A stretch of 64,000 nt of DNA from Candidatus Iainarchaeum sp. (GTDB lineage: Archaea > Iainarchaeota > Iainarchaeia > Iainarchaeales > UBA10219): assembly GCA_018304425.1 (NCBI GenBank), contig JAGVWE010000006.1, positions 71,281-135,280 on the forward strand. The letters are read 5' to 3'. Numbering within the stretch: the stretch's first letter is position 1; every line of letters starts with the position of its first letter. Below the pieces are notes generated by a model, which was not told the origin of the DNA, ran no database searches, and saw only the letters and a list, made by a program, of their open reading frames with translations. Positions 1 through 10,075 of the stretch are shown piece after piece. Made by a program: the position numbers and the translations under genes.

Positions 1-2
1 CC

Positions 3-755
3 AAGCCCCGCGAGGACTTCGAAATCAACGCGCTCGGCACCTTCAACGTGCTCGAGGCCGCGCGGAACTGCGGCGGAAACCCCTCCCTGATTTATGCCTC
101 GACCAACAAGGTCTACGGCGGCATGGAGGACGTGAAGATAGTGAAGAAGGGCCGCAAGTACGCGTACAAGGACTTCCCCCAGGGCATCCCCGAAAACCGG
201 TTGCTGGACTTCCACAGCCCCTACGGCTGCTCCAAGGGCTGCGGCGACCAGTACGTCCGCGACTACGCACGCATTTACGGGATGAAGAACGTGGTGTTCA
301 GGCAAAGTTGTCAGTACGGCCCCCGCCAGTTCGGCGTCGAGGACCAGGGGTGGGTGGCGTGGTTCGCGATTGCCGCGGTGCTCGGCAAGAAGATAACCAT
401 TTACGGGGATGGCATGCAGGTGCGGGACGTGCTCTACATCGATGACCTGGTGCGCGCCTTCAGGGTTGCGACACAGAAAATCAACGCGGCCAAGGGCAAA
501 ATCTACAACATCGGCGGCGGCCCCGAGAACACGATGTCCCTGCTGGAACTCATTGACTTCCTGGAAAAGCACCTGGACCGGAGAATCAATTACGCGCACA
601 GCGACTGGAGGCCGGGCGACCAGCCGGTGTACGTTTCCGACATCCGCAAGGCCGGAAAGGAACTCGGCTGGGAGCCGAGGATTTCCGTGGAAAACGGGGT
701 CGCGCGCCTCATCGAGTGGGTGAAGGAAAACAGGCACTTGTTCAAGGGGTTTTAA
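3..755 (+). CDS. NAD-dependent epimerase, CDP-paratose 2-epimerase (RfbE)-like; 5' part outside window
   Basis: Open frame from the window edge; STNKVYG, DFHSPYGCSKG (YxxxK) and FGVEDQGWVAWF motifs typical of this family. Confidence 0.85.
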   Translation, partial: KPREDFEINALGTFNVLEAARNCGGNPSLIYASTNKVYGGMEDVKIVKKGRKYAYKDFPQGIPENRLLDFHSPYGCSKGCGDQYVRDYARIYGMKNVVFRQSCQYGPRQFGVEDQGWVAWFAIAAVLGKKITIYGDGMQVRDVLYIDDLVRAFRVATQKINAAKGKIYNIGGGPENTMSLLELIDFLEKHLDRRINYAHSDWRPGDQPVYVSDIRKAGKELGWEPRISVENGVARLIEWVKENRHLFKGF

Positions 756-780
756 GGCAAAACAACCAAAAAGTATTTTA

Positions 781-795
781 ATAGTGAAACACTAT
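781..795 (+). promoter_or_regulatory. Inverted-repeat operator of the VapBC-like module
   Basis: ATAGTG-AAA-CACTAT directly after an AT-rich TATA-like box. Confidence 0.5.
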
Positions 796-807
796 GATTA
801 TGTGGTG

Positions 808-1011
808 ATGCATTTGTCTGCCATAACCATCCAATTCAAGGGCGCGCCCGATGAAGTGCTTAAAGCCCTGGTCAAAAAGGGTTTCGCAAAAACAAAGGCC
901 GAAGCGGTACGATTCGCATTACTCCACTTGGGCGAGGAATACGGACTCATTACGCGGCGGCTGCATGCTAAAGCGGAAGCCTATGCCTATGCTGAAATAA
1001 AGGGAACATGA
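808..1011 (+). CDS. Ribbon-helix-helix-type antitoxin
   Basis: Small ORF with ITIQF...LVKKG...TKAEAVR pattern, overlapping the PIN gene by 4 nt. Confidence 0.7.
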   Translation: MHLSAITIQFKGAPDEVLKALVKKGFAKTKAEAVRFALLHLGEEYGLITRRLHAKAEAYAYAEIKGT

Positions 1012-1391
1012 TGTACGTCGACGCAGACCTATTTTATGCACTATTAAGGGCCGGTGACCGGCACGCTGAACTTGCACAGACTGTGTTGGCCAGCAAGGAA
1101 CAGCAGTACACTTCGGTCATTTGCCTTCTGGAACTGGAAATCGTGGTAAAACGTGAGTTGAGTGATGAAATGAGTAAGACCTTGCTAAGCGCTTTCAAAG
1201 CCCGCTTCCCAAAAGTGAAGATAAAACCGCTCGATGAACGGGCATTTAGGAAAAGCCTTGAGCTAAGGCAAAAATATGGCCTTGGAATATTTGATGCTGT
1301 GCACGCCGCGGTGGCACTCCTAAATGACGGGCGGATTGCTTCAACCGACAAAGCATTCGAAAAAATCCCCGGCCTTCAGGTCGTGGTCTGA
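1008..1391 (+). CDS. PIN-domain toxin (VapC family)
   Basis: YVDAD...E...FDAVHAA...STD acidic PIN tetrad. Confidence 0.85.
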   Translation: MMYVDADLFYALLRAGDRHAELAQTVLASKEQQYTSVICLLELEIVVKRELSDEMSKTLLSAFKARFPKVKIKPLDERAFRKSLELRQKYGLGIFDAVHAAVALLNDGRIASTDKAFEKIPGLQVVV

Positions 1392-2516
1392 ATGGCGACG
1401 AAAAAAGTCTTGGTCACGGGGGGAGCCGGCTTCATCGGCTCGCACCTGGTGGACGCGCTGGTGAGGGAGGGGCACGAGGTAACGATTCTGGATTGCCTGG
1501 ACCCGCAGGTGCACGAGGGCGGGAAGAAGCCGGCGTACTTGAACAAGCAGGCGGAGTTCGTCAAAGGAGACGTGCGAGAGGAGAAGACGCTGAAAAAGGT
1601 CTTGAGGGACGCGGAAGTCGTGTTCCACGAAGCCGCGGCAGTGGGGGTGGGGCAGTCCATGTACCAAATAAGGCATTACATGGACGTGAACACCCTGGGC
1701 ACGGCCAGGCTGCTGGATGGGCTGGTGAACGGCGAACACGACGTGAAGAAGTTGATGGTCGCGGCCTCCATGAGCTCCTATGGCGAGGGCTTGTATGAGT
1801 GCCCGGGCGGCTGCGGCCTGGTGGAACCCCCGTTAAGGGGCGAGGAACAGCTGAAGAAAGGCGTTTGGGCAGTGCTGTGCCCGGCCTGCGGCAAAGAGCT
1901 TACGCCCTTGCCTACTCCGGAATCCAAGCACCAGGCCTCGAACAGCATTTACGCGTTGTCCAAGGAAGACCAGGAACGCATGGTGCTGATGATTGGCAAG
2001 ACGTATGGCTTGAAGTCAGTGGCCCTCCGTTACTTCAACGTGTTCGGGCCCAGGCAATCGCTCTCGAATCCGTACACGGGGGTGGCCGCCATCTTCATGA
2101 GCCGCGTGAAGAACAACCATGCCCCCGTGGTGTACGAGGACGGCCTGCAGACGCGGGACTTCGTTTCCGTGCACGACATCGTGTCCGCGAACCTCGCGGC
2201 CATGAAGTCCGGCAACGCGGACTACGAAGCGTTCAACGTGGGGGGAAACAACCCCTTGACGATCCTGCAGGTCGCGGAAAAAATCATCGACTTGCAGGGC
2301 GCCAGGCTCAAGCCGGAAGTGACCCGCAGGTTCCGCAAGGGAGACGTACGGCATTGCTTTGCCGACATCTCGAAAATCCAGGACAAGCTGGACTGGCGGC
2401 CGAGAGTGAACTTCGAGGAAGGCATGTGGGAAATCATGGAATGGAGCCAAGGCGTCAAGGCAGTGGACCGCTTCGAGAAGGCCGCCAAGGAATTGAAGGA
2501 AAAAGGGCTGGTGTAA
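1392..2516 (+). CDS. NDP-sugar epimerase/dehydratase (extended SDR) with Cys-rich insertion
   Basis: GGAGFIG, YALSK, LRYFNVFGP; CPGGCG...CPACG insertion. Confidence 0.9.
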   Translation: MATKKVLVTGGAGFIGSHLVDALVREGHEVTILDCLDPQVHEGGKKPAYLNKQAEFVKGDVREEKTLKKVLRDAEVVFHEAAAVGVGQSMYQIRHYMDVNTLGTARLLDGLVNGEHDVKKLMVAASMSSYGEGLYECPGGCGLVEPPLRGEEQLKKGVWAVLCPACGKELTPLPTPESKHQASNSIYALSKEDQERMVLMIGKTYGLKSVALRYFNVFGPRQSLSNPYTGVAAIFMSRVKNNHAPVVYEDGLQTRDFVSVHDIVSANLAAMKSGNADYEAFNVGGNNPLTILQVAEKIIDLQGARLKPEVTRRFRKGDVRHCFADISKIQDKLDWRPRVNFEEGMWEIMEWSQGVKAVDRFEKAAKELKEKGLV

Positions 2517-2550
2517 GGGCCCAACAGCGCAAGCTTATTAATATGGTTTG

Positions 2551-2566
2551 CTATAGTGTTCTATAG
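2551..2566 (+). promoter_or_regulatory. Palindromic operator of the MazEF-like module
   Basis: CTATAG-TGTT-CTATAG between TTATTAA and the start codon. Confidence 0.5.
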
Positions 2567-2568
2567 TT

Positions 2569-2802
2569 ATGACTTCCATTACCACCATCCAATTAGAGCA
2601 GGCCACCAAGAAGAAATTGGAGCGCTTTAAGGCCTCCAAGCGCGAGACTTTCGACGAGGTGGTCAACCGGCTCATCCGCGTGGTGTCCAAGACAGAAAAA
2701 GAACTGCTGGCAGACAAGATGAGTTCCTACTTGTTGAGCGAGAAATCCCTTGCCAAGGATTGGCTGTCTAAAGAGGAAGACGACGCATGGAAGGACTTGT
2801 AA
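2569..2802 (+). CDS. Putative antitoxin (RHH-like)
   Basis: TTIQL...KKL...ETFDEVVNRL N-terminus; LAKDWLSKEEDDAWKDL tail typical of MazF partners. Confidence 0.75.
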   Translation: MTSITTIQLEQATKKKLERFKASKRETFDEVVNRLIRVVSKTEKELLADKMSSYLLSEKSLAKDWLSKEEDDAWKDL

Positions 2803-3125
2803 AAGGCGACGTGGCCGTCGTACCGTTTCCTTTCTCCAACCTCGCCCAGGCCAAGCGGCGCCCAGCCCTGGTATTGGCCGTACTGAGTGGCGACGACCTC
2901 ATCCTCTGCCAAATCACAAGCAACGCCAAATACGACCAGTACGCGGTTCCGCTGCTTGCCAGCGATTTCCAACGCGGGGGGCTCGCGACCGCCAGTTTTA
3001 TTCGGCCAAACAAACTGTTCACGGCTGACAAGGCATTAATCGTCTACAAGGTTGGCACGGCATCCAAGAAGAAACTGCAGGAAGCGGTTGACCAGGCCGT
3101 CAAGACCCTTAAAGGCGAGACCTAA
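2787..3125 (+). CDS. MazF/PemK family toxin
   Basis: KGDVAVVPFPFS...KRRPALV...ILCQITS. Confidence 0.9.
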   Translation: MEGLVKGDVAVVPFPFSNLAQAKRRPALVLAVLSGDDLILCQITSNAKYDQYAVPLLASDFQRGGLATASFIRPNKLFTADKALIVYKVGTASKKKLQEAVDQAVKTLKGET

Positions 3126-3140
3126 CCAGGGGAAAAACCA

Positions 3141-4991
3141 ATGAACACCCTCGCCAGTGCCAGTCCACCCCGCTTAAGTGGAGAGTCGCTTGCCTTTGTC
3201 GGGCTTGCGGTTTACGCGCTCCAGTCTTTTCTTGGCAACGCGGAGTTGCTGGAGGGCGCGCAGGCCCTGCTATTCTCCGTTGCCGCGGTAGGCGGGCTTT
3301 GGCTGGCTTATTCCTGGCATTTAAGGGCCTGCTTTGGCTTGAGTTGGGGAAAGGCCTTGGCCTTGGATGCGCGGTCTTTCGCGCCCCTGCTAGTGCTGGG
3401 GTTGTCGCATTTCATGGACGCGTTCAAGGACGTGCAGGCCATCAATGGGGTGGATGCAGCCGGCATGGCTTCCAAACTCTTCCTCAAACTCCTACTGGCG
3501 TTCGCGCTTTCAGCCATGGCCGTTGTCAAGGTGCACGACTTCCCGGGAAAGGTGGGGCTGAGGTTCAACCCCCGGAAACTCGTGGTGGGCGGGGCACTCG
3601 CTTATTTCCTGGTCTTCTTCGGGTTGTCCGTGCTGGAATACTATTCGTTCCGCATCCCCTACCCTGACCTTACTTACTACGAGCAAAGCCTTTGGACCAC
3701 GCTGCACGGGAGGTTCTTGGAGAGCAGCCCGAGCGCCTTCAACTTCCTGGGCAACCACACCTCCTTCAACCTCTTGTTGTTGCTGCCGTTTTACGCGGTC
3801 TACCGAAACTCGTTGACGCTGCTCGCCTTCCAAAACCTTTTCCTGGCCTCGGGTGCCCTCGCCGTTTACCTCTTGGCGAAAAAAATCGTTGGCAACCGGA
3901 AAACCGCGGCCCTGCTGGGCCTCGCCTACTTGTTGTACCCGGCTACCCAGTTCTTTTCCACCCACGAATTCCACCCCGTGGCCCTGGCGGTTCCGGCCTC
4001 GCTGTTCGCCTTCTATTACCTGGTCAGCCGGCGCATGAAGCGGTTCTGGCTGTTTTTCCTGCTGGGCTTGATTTCCAAGGAAACCGTGGCCCTTACCTAT
4101 GGCTTCCTGGGGCTCTATGCCATGATTATATTGAGGCGGCCGAGGCTGGGGGCGCTGGTTGCGGGGATTTCCGCGGCCTGGTTCGTGCTGGCCATCCTGG
4201 TCATCATCCCCTACTTCCGGGGCACGCCCTACGCCTACCTGGGGGGCCCGGAAAACTTTTACCCGGACTTCGGGGGCACGCCCTCCGAAATCGTGGTCAA
4301 GATAATTTCCGACCCGCTGCACACGGTTTCCTACATGGTGAACGCGAAGAACCTGGGCTGGCTGGCCCTGCTCTTGTTGCCCCTGGCCTTCCTTCCCCTG
4401 GCCGGCATCGAAGCCCTCCTGATTGCGTCGCCCGCGTTTTTGCAGAACCTGCTGGCCAGGTATTATGCGACGAGCACGATTTACTTCCAGTACAATGACC
4501 TGGTCATTCCCTTCGCGTTCGTGGCCGCGGTGTACGGGTTCAAGCGGGTCTCGGCTTGGCTGGGTGACCCGAGAAAAGTGCAGGCCCTCACCGCGTTCCT
4601 GGTAAGCGCGGCCGTGCTGTCCAACGTGTTCTTCTCGCCTTCGCCGCTCACCCTGCTGGACCCCCTGCCCACCCAAGGAGGCTTTAGCTTCGAGCGTTAC
4701 ACGCCAACGGAAACCGATTGGGAGCTGCATCGCGTGATTGAAACCATGATTCCGGAAGGAGCCGCCGTGACCGTGAACTCGCCGCAACTCATCGCGCCCC
4801 TCAACGACCGGTTCTACGTCAAGCCCTTCCTGCAGGTGGAGGGTGCGGAGTACGTGCTGGTGGACTTGGGACGAATGGGCGTGGGCGCAAGCCTTGAAGA
4901 ACAGGAAACCCTAGTCAAGGAATTGGCCGAGAAAGAGGGTTTGGAGACGGTTTACGCGAACGGCCGGGTTCTGTTGATGAAACGGCCCTAA
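3141..4991 (+). CDS. DUF2079-like multi-pass membrane protein (GT-C-fold glycosyltransferase candidate)
   Basis: DLTYYEQSLW...NFLGNH...EFHPVALA...KE...FQY motifs; many TM segments. Confidence 0.75.
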   Translation: MNTLASASPPRLSGESLAFVGLAVYALQSFLGNAELLEGAQALLFSVAAVGGLWLAYSWHLRACFGLSWGKALALDARSFAPLLVLGLSHFMDAFKDVQAINGVDAAGMASKLFLKLLLAFALSAMAVVKVHDFPGKVGLRFNPRKLVVGGALAYFLVFFGLSVLEYYSFRIPYPDLTYYEQSLWTTLHGRFLESSPSAFNFLGNHTSFNLLLLLPFYAVYRNSLTLLAFQNLFLASGALAVYLLAKKIVGNRKTAALLGLAYLLYPATQFFSTHEFHPVALAVPASLFAFYYLVSRRMKRFWLFFLLGLISKETVALTYGFLGLYAMIILRRPRLGALVAGISAAWFVLAILVIIPYFRGTPYAYLGGPENFYPDFGGTPSEIVVKIISDPLHTVSYMVNAKNLGWLALLLLPLAFLPLAGIEALLIASPAFLQNLLARYYATSTIYFQYNDLVIPFAFVAAVYGFKRVSAWLGDPRKVQALTAFLVSAAVLSNVFFSPSPLTLLDPLPTQGGFSFERYTPTETDWELHRVIETMIPEGAAVTVNSPQLIAPLNDRFYVKPFLQVEGAEYVLVDLGRMGVGASLEEQETLVKELAEKEGLETVYANGRVLLMKRP

Positions 4992-5734
4992 TGGTAGAGC
5001 CCGCGCAGGTCGTTGAGTTTTATCCGAAGCAGGTCCACGAGCATCTGGGGCGGCACCCGCCAGAGGTTGACCTTGCTATCGCCGACGTTGCTCCACTGCA
5101 CGGGGAGCTCGCGGGTTTTCAGGCCGAGCCGCTTGGCGATGAAAACGATTTCGGCGTCAAAGCAGAAGCCATGCACGGTCTGCCTTGAAAATATTTTTTT
5201 GGCGGCCGAAGCCGTGAACAACTTGAAGCCGCACTGCGTGTCCTGGACCTGGACGTCGTTGAACAACAGGAGGCCGCAGAGGAAGCGGAAGAGTTGACGG
5301 AGCACGCGGCGCAGGAACGGCTGCCGGGCGAGAATCCGCGCGCCCCCGATGTCCCGGGAGCCGATGAGGACGTCGAAGTCCTTGGCGAGCGGCAGGAACT
5401 CGTCCAGGCCCTCGATGGGCGCGGACAAGTCAACGTCCGAGAACAAGACCAGGCTTCCCCTCGCTTCGCGCATGCCGTGCCGCACCGAATAGCCCTTGCC
5501 CTGGTTGGAGCCGTTGGAGAGCAGCCGGGTGCCTGGATGCCGCCGCGCGAATTCGTTGACCCGGCGCGGGCTGTCATCCGTGGAACCATCGTCCACGAGG
5601 AGGAGCTCGTAGTCGAAGCCCTTCCGGCCACAGTAAGCGGTGATTTTTTCAAGGCAGGCCTGGATGCGGCTGGCCTCGTTGTACATGGGCACGACGATGG
5701 AGAGGAAGGGTTGGGCACCGGCTTTGGAGGCCAT
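4988..5734 (-). CDS. Dolichyl/polyprenyl-phosphate glycosyltransferase (GT2, ALG5-like)
   Basis: SIVVPMYNE, VDDGSTD, NQGKG, DVDLS, DTQCGFKLF, FCFDAE. Confidence 0.9.
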   Translation of the reverse strand: MASKAGAQPFLSIVVPMYNEASRIQACLEKITAYCGRKGFDYELLLVDDGSTDDSPRRVNEFARRHPGTRLLSNGSNQGKGYSVRHGMREARGSLVLFSDVDLSAPIEGLDEFLPLAKDFDVLIGSRDIGGARILARQPFLRRVLRQLFRFLCGLLLFNDVQVQDTQCGFKLFTASAAKKIFSRQTVHGFCFDAEIVFIAKRLGLKTRELPVQWSNVGDSKVNLWRVPPQMLVDLLRIKLNDLRGLYH

Positions 5735-5821
5735 AAGGGTTAAAAGGCCTCAAACATTTAAAAAACAAGGCAGGGCCCTGTTTTAGTAAAAGCCGGAGTA
5801 GAAGCCGGCAAGCGGGCGTTT

Positions 5822-6775
5822 ATGGCGGAAAAAATCGGGACCAGCATCCTCATCCCCTTCCAGGAAATGAATGACCTGGTTCAGGAGTCCGTGGAAGGAT
5901 GCAAGGCGTTGCCTGGCAGGGGCCATGAAATCATTTTGTTGCCGGACGCGGAAATCGCGTTCGTGGCCGGCGTGAAGACGATGGTCACGGGCAGGGTCCG
6001 GCCCTCGGCGAAAAGAAACCAGGGGTTCAAGGCCGCGAAGGGAAAGTTCATTGCCTTGATTGACTCGGACGCCTTTCCCAGGAAGGACTGGCTCGCGAAC
6101 GCGTTGAAATACTTTGATGACCCGAGAGTGGGCGCGGTCGGCGGCCCCAACCTGACCCCTCCAGGCGATTCGTTCGAGCAGAAAATGGGCGGCCTGCTCC
6201 TGGCTTCACCGCTCGTCGCCGGACCGCATGCGGTCAAGTACCGGGTGGAAAAAATGCATGAATGCGTGGACATGCCGTCCTGCAACCTGGTCCTGCGAAG
6301 GGAGTTGCTGGAAAAAATCGGGGGGTTTGACGAAACCATGCTGACCGGTGAGGACGCGAAGGCCTGTCACCTCATCCGCGGCCTTGGAAGGAAAGTGCTG
6401 TACGCCCCGGACGTCATCGTGTTCCACCACCGGCGCAAACTCTTCGCGCCCCACCTGAAGCAGATGATGAATTATGGCCGGGATAGGGGCATACTCATCC
6501 GCACCGGCAACTCGGGCGGCTATTCCCTGGTCAGTTTCGCGCCCGCAGCCCTGGTGGTTTTCTCGCTGGCCAGCGTGCCCGCGGCGTTCTTTTGGGGGCC
6601 GCACCCGGTCCTTTGGCCGCTCGGCCTCTACCTGGCGGCCCTCGCGGCCTGGGCCCTGGCCAAGAGCCCCGTAAACTCGGCGCATCTGTTCCTGGGCGGG
6701 GTTTTGACGCATTACGCGTTCGGCATAGGCTTTATTAAAGGGTTTTTGCATCCAACCCATAAGGGGAGCTTCTGA
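5822..6775 (+). CDS. GT2 glycosyltransferase with C-terminal TM helices
   Basis: RNQG...IDSDA...GGFDE...GED...HHRR. Confidence 0.85.
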   Translation: MAEKIGTSILIPFQEMNDLVQESVEGCKALPGRGHEIILLPDAEIAFVAGVKTMVTGRVRPSAKRNQGFKAAKGKFIALIDSDAFPRKDWLANALKYFDDPRVGAVGGPNLTPPGDSFEQKMGGLLLASPLVAGPHAVKYRVEKMHECVDMPSCNLVLRRELLEKIGGFDETMLTGEDAKACHLIRGLGRKVLYAPDVIVFHHRRKLFAPHLKQMMNYGRDRGILIRTGNSGGYSLVSFAPAALVVFSLASVPAAFFWGPHPVLWPLGLYLAALAAWALAKSPVNSAHLFLGGVLTHYAFGIGFIKGFLHPTHKGSF

Positions 6776-7905
6776 TGGCTGCGAGCGTGCTGGACTACGC
6801 CAGCGACGTGAAAAAGATTTTCTTCAACAAAGGCGCGCTGCCCACCCAGCTCATTTACTACGTCACCAACCGCTGCAACGCGAAGTGCCACCACTGCTTT
6901 TTCTGGGACGAGCTGAACGTGCCGATGAACGAGCTCACGCTCGATGAAATCCGGCAAATCACGAAGACCCTGGACTCCCTGTCCTTCCTCATCATGACGG
7001 GAGGAGAACCCTTCATGCGCAAGGACATCGCCGAACTCGCGAAGGCCTTTTACGACAACTGCGGGGTCCGGAACATCGTCATCCCCAGCAATGGCATCCT
7101 CAAAAACCAGACCCTGGAAGCAGTAAAGAAAATGTCCGGGTATTGCCCGAACGCGCACCTCGTGGTCAACATCTCCTTCGACGGACTGCGCGAGCAGCAC
7201 GACTACAACCGGGGCGTGCCCTGCTTCGACAAGGCCTGGGACACCCTCAAGGCATTGAAAGAACTCAAGAAAACGCACCCCAACCTGAATGTGGGCACCA
7301 TCATCACGTACACGGCCTTCAACCAGCACAACATCAAGGAAGTCTACGAGTTCATCCGCGATAACATGCAGCCGGACTCCATAACCATGAACTTCGTGCG
7401 CGGCAAGCCGAAGAACCCGGACACCAAGAACGTGAACGTCGAAAACTTCGAGGGCGTCAGCCGGGAAATCGAGGAGGATTTGCTCACCGGCAAGCTGGAG
7501 GGCTTCAACAACTTCCCGTTGGCGGACGTGAGCCGCGTGACCAACATCCTCATCCGCGAGCATGTGGCGCGCACCGTGCGGGAAAACCGGGAACTGATGC
7601 CCTGCCTGGCCGGCACCCTCAGCGGCGTGCTTTACTCAAATGGAGATGTTTTCCCCTGCGAGCTCCTGGACCGGAAAATCGGCAACATACGGGATTTTGG
7701 CTTCGACTTCCGGAAGCTATGGGAAACCGAGCGCGCGCGGAAGACCCGGGACTTCATCAAGGACACGAAGTGCTTCTGCACCCACGAGTGCTTCTATTAC
7801 ACGAACATGCTCATGAACCCCTTGAACCTGCCCAAGGTCGCGGCCAAGATAGCGAAACTCAAGGTCAACCGCGCGCTCCACAAACTCAAACAGGGGGCAC
7901 AGTAA
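6775..7905 (+). CDS. Radical SAM / SPASM-twitch protein
   Basis: CNAKCHHC, TGGEPF, ISFDG; C-terminal CLAG...GDVFPCE...CFCTHEC. Confidence 0.9.
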   Translation: MAASVLDYASDVKKIFFNKGALPTQLIYYVTNRCNAKCHHCFFWDELNVPMNELTLDEIRQITKTLDSLSFLIMTGGEPFMRKDIAELAKAFYDNCGVRNIVIPSNGILKNQTLEAVKKMSGYCPNAHLVVNISFDGLREQHDYNRGVPCFDKAWDTLKALKELKKTHPNLNVGTIITYTAFNQHNIKEVYEFIRDNMQPDSITMNFVRGKPKNPDTKNVNVENFEGVSREIEEDLLTGKLEGFNNFPLADVSRVTNILIREHVARTVRENRELMPCLAGTLSGVLYSNGDVFPCELLDRKIGNIRDFGFDFRKLWETERARKTRDFIKDTKCFCTHECFYYTNMLMNPLNLPKVAAKIAKLKVNRALHKLKQGAQ

Positions 7906-7918
7906 CCCCGGGGGCGAT

Positions 7919-8578
7919 TCACTGCCTCTTTTTCTGCAGAATATAATAGGTTTCCCGGCCAAACAATATTTTAACAAAATTCGGCAAAAGGGCTTCCAAG
8001 GCCGGAATAACGCACTTTCCCTTGATTGGGATAACCGTGAAAAACACTTCTGCGCCGCTCATCTTCACAACTTTGAAGCGGTTGTCAAACAGCATGGCAA
8101 AACTCGTGAACGGGTTTGCATAGGTTTTCTGCCTTGGCAAGGGCTCGCCCTTGAAACTGTAATGATTTAACGCAATCAGGATAAACCGGTGGAGGCTTGC
8201 AATCGACAAAAGGTTTGGCAAGGTAAAGCATAGGAAGCCGCCTTTTTTTGTGACGCGAAGTACTTCTCCGAATCCCTTGGGGTAGTTTGCATATTCCAGC
8301 GCGCCAATTACAAAAACGCTGTCAAAGCTTTCTTCCTTGAGTGGAGTGTCATCTATGGAAGCGCACACAAGGTGCCTGCATGGATTTGCTCTCAAATAAC
8401 CAAGGTCGATGTCTAGGCCGAACGAATCAAGCCCCAGCAGCCGCTGGAATATACCGTTGCCGCATCCCAGTTCCAAATTCTTTTTTCCTTTGAAAGGCAG
8501 AAAAAAATCCCTCTCAAATGTTGGCGCCCTCACAAAATACTCTGATTTTTCAACCATGTTGGCATGCCCCGTGTTCAA
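7919..8578 (-). CDS. Class I SAM-dependent methyltransferase (AT-rich; start uncertain)
   Basis: LELGCGNG motif I, FDSVF, RVTKKGG. Confidence 0.8.
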   Translation of the reverse strand: MNTGHANMVEKSEYFVRAPTFERDFFLPFKGKKNLELGCGNGIFQRLLGLDSFGLDIDLGYLRANPCRHLVCASIDDTPLKEESFDSVFVIGALEYANYPKGFGEVLRVTKKGGFLCFTLPNLLSIASLHRFILIALNHYSFKGEPLPRQKTYANPFTSFAMLFDNRFKVVKMSGAEVFFTVIPIKGKCVIPALEALLPNFVKILFGRETYYILQKKRQ

Positions 8579-8730
8579 AACTTGAAAATATTTCTTGTTG
8601 TGTGTGTGCGAGAAGACCCAGTACTTTAGTGCTGAGGTAAAATTCCAGCCTTAAAGCAAGGGAGATGCCAAAAATCTCTTACCAACAGTTTATATTAGTT
8701 TTGCATGATATACTTGGCATTGGGAATCCA

Positions 8731-9878
8731 ATGCACTCGAATAATTTGAAAACTTGGGTTGTGCTGCTTTCATTTTCTTTCTTCCTTTTTAACAATTTAC
8801 CCAATGTTGCCGCGGTTTTTTCTCACTATCAAACGATTGACTTGAGTACAACCGCGTTGAGCGGCAATGTTACCACAGACTATGTTGCCACTATTCAGAT
8901 TCCCTCAAGTACTTGAGTGTTCCCGCCGAAATTTCCGCTCAACAAGCCTTTGAAGCCGGCGCCACCGAGATCCCAGTCAACCCCAACAAACCCCAAATAC
9001 TGTCAGTGGACGCCGGCCTCCAAATAGCATTAACCAGCCAAACGAATACGACTGCCAGGGTCCTCCAAGCAGAAAAACTGAATACAGCCTCCACCGGAAT
9101 GGATGCCGTGCCCCCCGAATTACACTTTTTGACCGGATACGAGATTCAAATCGAGGGAGAAGTACAACCCACTATTACCATCAGTTATGACGAAGCCCAG
9201 GTCAAAGTCAACGAAAAAACTATCAAGCCCTTCAAATTCAAGGACGGTTCCTGGCAGGAGCTACCGGGATTTGTTTTGAACCACATCACGAATTCAGTGA
9301 CGTTCACGGTCAACACGGCCGAGACGCCCTATGCTTTGTTGGATGACTCTGGTGCAACGCCTTCCTGTGCAAACATGGCCTGCGACGACGGCAACGAGTG
9401 CACGGCCGACGGCTGCTTCGAAGGCCAATGCGTGACCGGGCCGCTCCCAAACGGGATTGCCTGCAGCACGGGCATATGCAAGGAAGGTACCTGTACGGCC
9501 CAACCCCAGCAACCCCCAAAAGAAGAAGCAAAAACCACGACAGAAGAAACTCAGCCAGCCGAACAAGCAATGGAAACCCCTGAACCCACCAAGCAACTCG
9601 AACCCACACAAGAACCCTGCGGCGGCCTCTCCTGCAACGACAACAACCCCTGCACCATCGACTTATGCAAAGACAACGCTTGCGCGTACGCAGCAGCCAT
9701 TGACGGAACGACGTGTGCAAACGATGCCAGCTGCCAAGGAGGAATATGCCTCAAAGTGGTTGGCGCCGAGGCCCCCGCTCCGGTCCAGGACCTCTTTGCG
9801 TTGCCCCTGGTCATTGTCCTCGTAATCATCGGGGCCATCATCGTCACCCTGCAAATAGTTTTCCTGCTGAAAAAATAG
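8731..9878 (+). pseudogene. Frameshifted or internally deleted surface protein: signal peptide (8731-8916) plus Cys-repeat, TM-anchored body (8913-9878)
   Basis: First ORF has a signal peptide and stops where the second frame begins; second has two CDDGNECT/CNDNNPCT repeats and a C-terminal TM+KK but no signal peptide. Confidence 0.55.
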
Positions 9879-10022
9879 TGCGGAGACGGTTGACATTCGT
9901 CTCACCCATTAGGGTGGAGATTCCCTGTATGCGGGGAAAACCACGCCGTAGCGCGTGCGCCGATTCTACGCCATGACCCCACAGCATGCTACAAGGGCTC
10001 GTATTGCCAACAAGGAGATAGA

Positions 10023-10056
10023 TTTAAATATATCTATGGACATAGATATATCTATG
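10023..10056 (+). promoter_or_regulatory. TATA box plus nested palindromic operator
   Basis: TTTAAATA at 10023; ATATATCTATG-GA-CATAGATATAT (10028-10051) overlapping the perfect 16-bp palindrome CATAGATATATCTATG (10041-10056). Confidence 0.7.
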
Positions 10057-10075
10057 GTTGTAGATAGGTGGTAGC

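Noticed and set aside
8596-8610. TG dinucleotide run as a phase-variation tract
   Set aside because: Only about five units, and the reading frame is open through it.
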